Of a DNA stretch of 64,000 bases, positions 54,027 to 64,000 are shown piece by piece. A program made the position numbers and the translations under genes. Numbering within the stretch: the first letter of the stretch is position 1; each line of letters opens with the position of its first letter. Source of the stretch: Chrysomallon squamiferum (taxonomy: Eukaryota; Animalia; Mollusca); assembly GCA_012295275.1 (NCBI GenBank), contig CM022679.1, positions 28,830,001 through 28,894,000 on the forward strand, written 5' to 3'. The notes below the pieces were generated by a model that made no database searches, was not told the DNA's origin, and was given only the letters and a program-made list of their open reading frames with translations.

Positions 54027-55353
54027 ATATGTTGATTACTAGTATCTTCTAATAAGCTTTAACAAGTTAGAAGGGACATAACTCTGAGGAAGTGAGTGAG
54101 ATATGAGGTAAATTAAAAAAGAACACATTTGGTTTATTTTGTTTGTGTGTGATTAGAATATAATTAAAAATTATTTAAAATATTATATATTTGTTGATTA
54201 TAATATAATATTTTTCGTTGTTCTTGTAATGTTAATATTTAATCTGTCCTCTGAAATTCTTGCTGTTTAGGATTGTAAATTCCTCCTTTATTTAAGAGAA
54301 CCTGCTATTTTATAATGCAAAAAAAAAGAATGGAGAAAAGAAAAGACTAAAAACAAAAAATAATATTTACAAACCTTTGGCAATAATTTATAAAAAATAT
54401 TTGGCTTCTGGAAAATGACCACAACTTTTTACTTAAACAAATTTAATATAATATGCTAAATATCAACAAATGAATTATAAAAATGAAAACATGATATCAA
54501 AAATTATTTGCTAGATTGTTATCTTGGAAATTGTCTTTAAAAGAGAATAACTTTATATCACTGTTTATGTAGTGAGATTCAAACAAGAGATTAAATACTC
54601 TGATTTCTATATGTTTATACAGAGTATAACAACAAAAAGTGGTCATTTCAGACTGCTTAAGGTTTGGTTCATAATCACTCATGTTGTAATTCGGAGAATA
54701 CATCATTACAAAAAAAAAGTAGTAATTAGTGCTTGTCATTTCATTATTATCACTAGATAAAATTCATTCATTATCAAGTCCTGGAAACAGATGAAAATAA
54801 CTGTAATGAAGGTCAACATTTCTAAATAGCATGAATTGTCTGACTGTCTTTCTGTCTGTGTTTGTGTCTGTATTAATCTTTCAAAGGACAGATTTCTACA
54901 CTTGACTTCAAATGAAAACCAGCCTCAAATGCTGCACTGTCAATGAAAAAATTAAAAGAGAATGAATAAAAAAAAGTAAACAAAAATAAATAAATAAATA
55001 AATTACAAATTAAAATATGTTAGTAAAAAATTTGAACATTCTTATATTTGTATTAATGTACCACAGTGCTGTGATGCTTTATTCAATAATATTATTTCAA
55101 GCTGGATGTTCAGTGTGATAAATTCAACATGTAACTACCAAAGCAGAGAAGTGGCAGTCTGAATGTAACTCAGGGGTTGTTTAATAGAAAACATGTGTCA
55201 GAAATCTAGACATGAAAACATGTTTGAGGCTGGTTTCATTTTCTGAAGGAGATGGATACACATTTTTGAATTAAAAGCTTAAAAATGAATATGAAAAAGA
55301 ATGGATGATTTGTTAAGTTGTTATTCTTCTTATTGTTGTTGTTATTATTATTA

Positions 55354-55410
<57 letters not shown>

Positions 55411-58400
55411 AAAGAAATAAAAAAATTAATTTACATTTTATATTTTATTTTTGAAAATTTTAACTTTTTTTATATCTATATAATCAATTTTCATTTTTAG
55501 TGTTTATTTTATTTTGTTTTTAGTTTTTATTTTATTTTATTTGTTTTGTTTTGTTTTATTTTCATTATTTACTTTATTTATTATTTATTTCATTTTATTA
55601 AGCTTTTTTCTGATTCAGTCATCTCCATCCACACTCACTTTGAATATTTGTATATCCATAGCAATTGTATTTCTTATTTTGTGATGTGCCTGCTTTGTAC
55701 ATTTGTATATTTTCATGCATCATTTTCATGCATCACATATAAAATGTTCATCAGAGTGAATTATATCAATACATATGCTATCACCATGTTTAATTTTTTC
55801 ATAAGACAAAACTTCTATCTGTTAACATGATACAGTCTTACCATTTTGAATAAATTATCATGCTTTTTTAATTTCCACCATTCTCTTCAGAGCACTGTAG
55901 TGAGACTTTAATACTCTCCAAAATAAATAAATAAATTTGTTTTTAACTTTATATATATATGTAAAGTTAACAATTGTTTTTTTTTTAAATTGAATTTAAT
56001 AGAGATTGTAGCAGTTTTAAATTATGTCCATTCAGCTGTTATAATAAAAATAATTACATTATTTAGAGACCAACCTAATAGTCAGGACAGTCTCAATATT
56101 ACTTTTTTTTTTTTTCAAAAGACGCATCTTTTTTTCTTTTTCAAATTTTAAAAATAATAATGGAAATTCAAAATGGCTGAATTTGTGTTATGGCACTGTT
56201 GAAGTTTTGTCAGTGGATGCAGATCAGTGGATGAGTGGCCATTTCAGGCAGTGGTAGATGTTGTTAGTGGGTGCAGTCACATGACTTTGCAGTGTTTTGC
56301 TACTAATACAACGAGCTAAGGTGTGTGATGTGAATTCCTGTCGAAAGAAAACTTTAAAAAAATGTAATAGTTCCATGAATGTTGCTTTTTAAAAATATTT
56401 AATATATGTGGGTTTTATTTCTTTTTTATAAAAATAAATAAATAAATAAGTAAAAAAATAAAATGTTCTGTGATAAAAATAGGTATGAAAGTCTGGGCAT
56501 TTAAAAAAAACAAAAAAAACACCCCAAAACTTGAAATTATTCAAATTTCTGTTTAAACACACACCCACCGACACAAGTTCATATGAAAAACCGATTTTCT
56601 TTTTAAACATATATTTTTGAAATATTCCTTTTATGTTTTGTATCCAAGAAATGTGCTAAAAATATTGAGGCTTTTTTCTCTCTTTTTCCCCATTAATTCA
56701 GTGCTTTTCCAATTATGATAGTACTTTTTTTTTAGTGTGAAGATATTTATTTATTAAATTTCTTTTATGACTTTGTGAGTAAAACAGAAGAGTGATTGCA
56801 CCATAAATGACAATGAATGCTGGTGGGCATCTCCTACCAGATAAACCAATCAGAAATGATTTCAAACATGTCAGAAGGCAGCATATTTATGTATACGTGT
56901 ATCCTTGTTTGTGATTGGTTAATGAGCACATGCTTGTATTCAGGTCTATGACTGGTCAATTTAATATAATTATGGGTAAAGAGATGATCAGTATAAAAAT
57001 TACATCCACTCCATTCTTGTGGCTTATTGTTTTTATTTTTAACAATTGTACATTACTGTTATTTTGTAAAGAGTAAATTTTATTTCATGATTTGTACAAA
57101 CCATTTATAGTAGATATATGTATGTATCTGATTTCTTTTATTTTTATTTTTATTTTTTTTATTTATTTTTTTATAAATTGCAAAGGTCGGGTTTGATAAT
57201 GTACATAATGACAGATAATTTATAAGATTATGGAAAGAGAAGCATTCCAATGAAAGATACCTGAATGAAATTTTGTTTTCTTCAAATTTTAGTTTCTTAA
57301 TTCTTTGTCTTGTCTTGTTCTGCATGAATTTTTAACCCATTTACTGTTGGTATGTGTGTGACTGCTTACTCAGTTTGGGTTTCAGCAACTGGGGCAACCA
57401 TTGAGAATAGTGCCAAAGCATAATTTTTTGATGAGGTTTTATTTTTTATTTCTGCATTACTTTCATTTTGATTTATGTGCTTTTTTCTGTGACAGATAAA
57501 AATTCAGAACAGCGTTAATAGATTTGTTAGTCAAATCTTTCCATTTCAAATCATCATGCCAAATATCTGCTTTAAATATACCAATGTAAAGACAAATCCT
57601 TTTCTCGTCTAAATCTTTTAACACTTTTTTAAAATTATTACTATTATTATTATTATTATTATTATTATTTTGAAAAGTCTTAGGAAAAGTTTGAGATAAA
57701 CAGATAATAATTATTAACATTAGAAAAACTGTCAGTAATTATTAATTAACTTTAGGAGATTTTTATATCAGTAAATCACAAACAGTATCCAGTACGTCAG
57801 GGATAGTTAAAACAATTATTATTGCTTTTAATTGCTTTCATTTTATCAATCAGTTGTATAATTAATTTACTCCCAAATGAATTATACTAATTAATAATAA
57901 GAATTATGAATGAATAAATAAATAAATGAATAAATAAATAAATAATTAAATAATAATAATAATAATAATAATAGAAAATTTAAGAAAATTAATAAATTTA
58001 TTCAGAAACCAGATTTGTTCAAAATAACTTTTCTCTTCTAAAAAGTATTAAAGATTAGAGTGAAATATATATATATATATATGTTTTATAACATTTTGTA
58101 AAAAATAAAAAAGTTAATATATAGAGCACAAAACAAAAATTTTCATCCAGATTTTAATGCTTTAATTACATTGGTTTTTTTTTTTTTTTTTTGTGTGTAT
58201 CATTTTTTTTTTTTTTTAAATTTTTTTTTTGGGTTTTTTTATAAAAAAAGAAGCTAAAATATACATTTTAGAAAATATTGCTTCTGTGTATGCTAAAATT
58301 TGCCAAATATTATTAAAAATAGCAGATAACTTACTCATTTTTTACTTTCTGTAATTCACATTTTAGTTTTGCTTTTGATAATAAAATGAATGTGAAAAAA

Positions 58401-58789
58401 ATGTGCTTCCAGTTGGTGATGTCCTTTTGATTTTACTGCTTTACAAATTGAATTTATTTTTATTTTTAATCTAAAATTAAATTATACCTTTAAAGATTCT
58501 TTAAATTTAATCTACAAATAATGAAAATCTAATCATTTATTAATATTTATAGTATCCAGGAATTTGTTGTCAATTTAAAAAAAAATATATATATATTTTT
58601 TTTTATTTTATTATTTTTTTTATGTTAAAAACCTCATTGAATCAGCAACAAAAATGAATCAAAGAAAGTGACCCTGGTTAAAGAAATTTCAAACATGTAC
58701 AGTATTTTGTGTGAAGTATTTGATTTTTAAATCAAATGTCTTGATATATTGTAAATACCATCACTTTTCACACTGAAGCAAGAGATATC

Positions 58790-59135
58790 TCTAGTGTATG
58801 ACTGGATATCCTTGTTTGTATCAGAAGATAACCAGTTCTGTACAAGGGGACATCCTATATCATACCAGAAGATAACTGATATATCACTAAATATCCTTTA
58901 CTATATCAGAAGTTATCCAGTGATGTACAAGGGGATTGCCTATTTTACACCAGAACATACTCTGTTCTGTACAAAGGGAGAGCCTGAATTGTACCAGAAG
59001 ATATGTTTAATGAATGACTCAATATCCATTATTTTACCAGACAATATCTTTAATGTATCACTGGATATACTTTATTGTATCATCAGATATCTTGGTGTAT
59101 TTTAGAGGATATCCTATACCCTACCAAGAGATATC
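58790..59135. repeat. Degenerate minisatellite (TGTA(T/C)CAGAAGATA / GGATATCCT motifs)
   Basis: Recurring CCAGAAGATA, TGTACAAGGG and CTGGATATCC units. Confidence 0.6.
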
Positions 59136-60288
59136 TTTATTGTTATCATTGACTGTTTTATGAAGGCCTACATGTTTGTGTGAATACTAAATATATTCAT
59201 TTTTTTTTTTTTTTTTTCTCTCTATTAATTTTTTTTGTGACAATAAAGTATTGAAGGTCATATTGGAAGCATGCTTATGAATCTGATTATTATCAATTAA
59301 TATTTTATATTTAATAAACCAGCGTTAATTGTCATTAATATTGTCTCACAACTGTTATCTTCATAACCAGAAATGGTGGACGTTGTCTGTGCCTTTATGT
59401 ATATAAATAGATATAGCGTCTGGCTTATGTAGCATCTGCAGAGTTAAGATTAAAGATTAAAATTAAATGATTTCATGTTTTAATATTGACAGAGATTGCT
59501 TTATTGACTAGGACTGTTTCTCTGGTCTAAGAACTTAATGTAATTTATTTGAGTTTGAAAACAAGAAGTTGTAAATTAATGAGTAAATTGTCTCAACAGT
59601 CCATGTCCATGTTAAAGAAATCCAGTAAAGCACAAAGAGTGATGTACTGTTTGTTTATCTTATTTTTTTTATTTTTTTTTTTTTTTTTTAGTGACTATTA
59701 TTCTTCACCATAATCTGTATTTTATACAGAAGTTATATGTTTCTAGGAGAAAGCACAAAAAAAAGAAGAAAAAAAAAGTTTTTAAACAAATATCCTGTTA
59801 TATTTCATTAAGTTGCAAACAGATGCAATGTGACAGAATATATTTAACCACTGATCAACATGAATTCATTTCAAGTAATCTTCCTTTCCAATAAAACATT
59901 ATGAAAACTTAACAAAAATCATTTATAAATAATGCATAAAAGGCCAAACCTGAACTATTTCAAGTGAACAACAGTTACATGAAAACAATTTAACAGACTG
60001 TTTAAAAACCAGTAAGATATTTTTTAGACACTTAGACCATTTTGTCTTTTTTTTTTTTTTTCCCTTTAATCTGAAGTTTCTGTCTTTGTGTCCTCAGTTT
60101 TGACACCAATTTTTTATAAAAGGTTAGTTGTTCATGGTTTTATGAACTTGTCCAAGACAAAACAAACCAAAAAAAATGTACAAGTTTAGCTAAAATTAAT
60201 ATCCACCATAAAATTTAGCTAAATTCAGTCCTGTACAAGCAATCCAATATGACCTGTCCTATTTAACTGTTAATATCAGTGTTATCTG

Positions 60289-60522
60289 TGCTACCTTTCT
60301 AAGCTGTTAGTATTATTAACCATGCTATCTAAGCTGTTAGTATTAACCATTGCTATCTTTCTGAGCTGTTTGTATTAACTATGCTATCTTTCTAAGCTGT
60401 TAGTATTAACCATTGCTATCTTTCTAAGCTACTAGTATGATCCATGCTATCTTTCTAAGCTGTTAGTATAAACGTTATCTTTCTAAGATGTTTCTATACC
60501 CATGCTATCATTCTAAGCTGTA
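60289..60522. repeat. Minisatellite, about 8 copies of a ~31-nt unit
   Basis: Unit TGCTATCTTTCTAAGCTGTTAGTATTAACCA repeated head-to-tail. Confidence 0.9.
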
Positions 60523-61649
60523 TAACAATTATTTATTGCTGTGTTCTATGTGTGAATGGGCTGACTAAATTGCTGATGTTGAGGGGTTGAGCTTTTGAAA
60601 AGTGAAAATGTTTTTGTATGTAATGTATTTATGTAATAAAATAACTACAACCAATACTTTGCCTTGGTTATGTTCTTATTTATAGACTACATGATGTTTC
60701 TAATAACCCTGAGAAAAACTGAATTAAATTTTATTATAAAACAAGTTAGTCAAGAAACAAAAAACCCACAGTTAGTCTCAGTTAGAAATTGTTTTGAATA
60801 TAGAATAAGTGTATCATTATGACAAATGAAATGATTGTAATGAGAATGACAGATAGGCTTTGGGAAAATGTGTTGTTATTAAAATGTTAGTGCGCTGGTA
60901 GAGATTCTAATCTTACTTTACACTTCAGACTGAATGTCTGAAGTCACTGTAGCCAATGATAAGGAATTTCAAAATAATCAAGTTTTTAATGTGATAAAAA
61001 AAAAATGTCAATCAGAGTTGAAACAAAAATTCATCATTTTTAAAAAATTAAACCATGTAAAGTTGATTATTTTGGTTCAATCTTTTTAGATAACAAAATA
61101 AGTAAGGAAATAATCCAGCAAAAACAAAACCAAATTCCCCCCCAACATTTCATTTAGTAAAACATTTTCAGTTTACAAAAACACACGCACGCACACACTC
61201 ACAAATACTGACAAGCATATATATACATTTTTATATACTAAAAATTAAATATTTTAAAAGACCAGTAGTACAGAAATCTTTCATTGTTGACATTCATACT
61301 GTAGAATAAGCTCATAAACAGATTTTTAGCTTTTGCTTTTAATAATGTCTGAATGTGAATCTTTAAAGAAGACTATTATTAAATTAAAATATATATATAT
61401 AAATAAATAAATAAATAAATCTGATTCATAAATCGCAACATTTATTAAGATTTAACCACTGTACTACATACGGTATATTATATATATATATAAAATTATT
61501 TTTAATATATTTTTTACCATTTCGAATTTTATATTCGGAGAACGTAATGAATATACGCTTGTTAAACTTAGAATAGTGTGCAAAATGAAATGAAAGAAAA
61601 AGCGGCATTTTTCTTACATTTATTTTTTGTAATGAATTTGATTTTGCTC

Positions 61650-61830
61650 TACGACCCCGTTTTTCAATTTCCCTCCAATCGTTATGTACTTCACGTTCCG
61701 GAATGTGCCGGAAAATAACGAATATCTTTCCGTGATGGAACTACTTTAGCAGCCATTTTTAGACAGTGCGACTTCCGTTTGATTTAGTGTGAGAAAAGTA
61801 AATCGTTTGTCTTTACTGTTCCCTTAGGTA
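61650..61830 (+). promoter_or_regulatory. NDE1/NDEL1 promoter and probable non-coding first exon
   Basis: CpG-rich, with TTCCGGAA/CCGGAAA/ACTTCCG ETS-like sites, YY1-type AGCAGCCATTTT (61748-61759) and donor AG|GTAAAT at ~61828. Confidence 0.55.
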
Positions 61831-62142
61831 AATATGCTTGTTACCGGCTGAGTTGAAAACGTCAAACGGGAGTTATTTTAGTGATCAGTTGATGTTTACA
61901 AGTTAGTATAGAATTGTCTTTCAAACCTTTCTTTTCGACAACTTGACATCGCATAACTGAGTGGAAATCTTGAAGGACTATCCCTGTTTTTAAGGTGGAC
62001 TTAAATTTATTCTGTACACCTATTTTCGAAATAATGTAGCATGGAACGATGACCAACGTAATCAGTCTGTAATTTATACAAAAACCAGTACGACTGTAGG
62101 AGAGGTTGTTTGGAAATTCCATACAACAGTATCATATCGAAT

Positions 62143-64000
62143 ATGGCAGAGCCAGATGATTCCAAAAAGTTCCAAACACCTGGTGAGGAGATAGCTTATT
62201 TGCGGAAACAAGCTCAGCAATTTAAACAGGAGTAAGTATTATTACTGTTACATGTTTTTTTTATTTAAATTTTATGAATGTGTTCTGTTTTTGGTTTTGA
62301 CAGCTGAAAGAAAAATAATTTAAAAGATGTAAACATAAATGACATTCACATATTCATTATTGAATTTCAGTGTAAACAAATTATATATCACTGTACTGTG
62401 TACATCATGATCATGTTAATGAAGTTTTTACAAAGAATCATTTTTAATAGTCTTTAAAACAAAATGGTTGAAAGATTTGATAATTTTGATCGTAAACATA
62501 CTTAGGTTCCATCTTCAAAACTTTTGAAACAATCGAAATAATCATTTTATATCTTTTAAGAAACATTAATGTTAATATTCCGAAAGAAATTAGCTAATGT
62601 TAAATACATGCAAATGGTGGTGGTATTCAGAGGTACCCATTTAAGTTATGTCATATGTGGAGTTGCAGAATTCAGATATTTTGTCTGTTTGAATAGAAAA
62701 AGGGAATTGTTAAAAATCTGATTAGAAAGGAAATAGCGCTGCAGTAACATTAAACTTTCAAATGAACATTTCAGACAAACTAACAAATAGTGTAAGCGAT
62801 ACAGTACACATTTCTGACAAGTAAATGACCTGATTGAAGTTGTTGTTTTTTTGGAAATGTTTCTAAAAAATTTCAGTTTTGTAAATGAAATTTTCAAAAG
62901 CTTTTCAATTCACTGCAGAATTATTTAAAAAAACAATACACATACACACACACATATACACAAATCCTGCAAAAGTAATGAAAATAAAACCTTATTAAAT
63001 ATTATAGAAGTTAGTTTATAAAAAGCTTCTTTATTTTTTAATTTAATTTAATTGTTGTTGTTGATTGTTGGTTTCTGGCAAAAGCATAAAACAGGGATTG
63101 ATAATAAAATGGGTGACTGAGTTATTCTGTATTTCACTGTGTTTTTAGATTGTATGGACAGAGCTTGAGGAAATATTAATGTACCTCTTGGCAGAAAATG
63201 TCATAATTTGATCATAAAATGTTTGAAAGATTAGCTGTAGGCAAGCTAAAATTGGTTGTGAGACATTGCTTATAGTTACAGTGAGATGACATAGTTTGTG
63301 GCTTAATGTTCTTTGTAAATTTTATACATTATTAATAAATTATTTCATAGGATAAACATGTTTTTAAATTAATAGCATACTACTTTTTTTTTTTGGTGAA
63401 ATAATAATAAAAATGTGTTATTTAAATAGCTGAACATGCCTTGAAAGCAGCAATAGATTCACAACACTTCACTGAGCAGGAATTCTTTTAGACGTTAATC
63501 AGTTTAATAGTTTTTAATAAAATAAAAAATAATATATGCTCATTCCTAATCATTTAAGTGACTTACCTTAATACAGTTAAAATCTTCATCTGTAATATTT
63601 GTAAAGTAAATTTTACAGACTTATATTGCAATCATTATTCATTTAAGAAAAAGTGAAAATAGTTAACTGAAATGATTATTAACATTTTGAGTTTTATAAA
63701 AAGGAAATAAAAAAAATCATTTTACTGGTGTATTAATTTTTTTTATCTGATTTTTATGTGGAGTTGATGTATATTTAATTGTTTGTCAATTTAATTACAC
63801 TGTTCTTAACATTTCTTTTTTTTGTTTCATCCCTCACTGTAATCTTCACACAAAGAGCTGAATAAATTTTGTATTTTTGTATTTTTTTTTTTTATATATT
63901 TTTTTCATTTTTATTAAAAAGGCTTGAAGAAACAAAAGAAGAACTTGAAGAATTCCAGATCAGCAGTCATGAACTGGAGAATGAACTAGAAACACAGTTA
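62143..64000 (+). CDS. NDE1: Nuclear distribution protein nudE-like (NDE1/NDEL1), 5' part; continues past the right edge
   Basis: Exons 62143-62231 and 63922-64000+: MAEPDDSKKFQTPGEEIAYLRKQAQQFKQELEETKEELEEFQISSHELENELETQL, the NudE coiled-coil signature EL.EFQ..S.ELE.ELE.QL. Confidence 0.92.

Noticed and set aside
60289-60522. ~31-nt repeat array superficially like a CRISPR array
   Set aside because: Units abut head-to-tail with no unique spacers, there are no cas genes, and the context is eukaryotic: an ordinary minisatellite.

Overview
AT-rich, microsatellite-laden eukaryotic (invertebrate metazoan, probably molluscan) genomic DNA with seven spliced protein-coding genes, which I reconstructed exon by exon. 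They are TAB1 (-, runs off the left edge), LYRM1 (+, head-to-head with TAB1), LUC7L/LUC7L2 (+), NDUFA6 (-), a ~774-aa PHF6/PHF11-type extended-PHD protein with an unrecognised C-terminal domain (-), a small Maf bZIP gene (+) and NDE1/NDEL1 (+, runs off the right edge). Non-coding DNA holds Tigger/pogo- and hAT-like MITEs, tRNA/Meta-type SINE remnants and tandem repeats. The best leads are: (1) a small-Maf locus ringed by at least 7 ARE/MARE sites, with candidate alternative in-frame first exons; (2) a +1 frame break at CGC-TGA in LUC7L just before the RS tail, most likely an assembly indel but possibly recoding; (3) candidate poison exons and a microexon in LUC7L; (4) the orphan C-terminal domain of the ePHD protein; (5) ancient 7/16/17/22-type synteny. 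Nothing prokaryotic (CRISPR, operons) is present. Family assignments come from recalled homologues, not from database searches.
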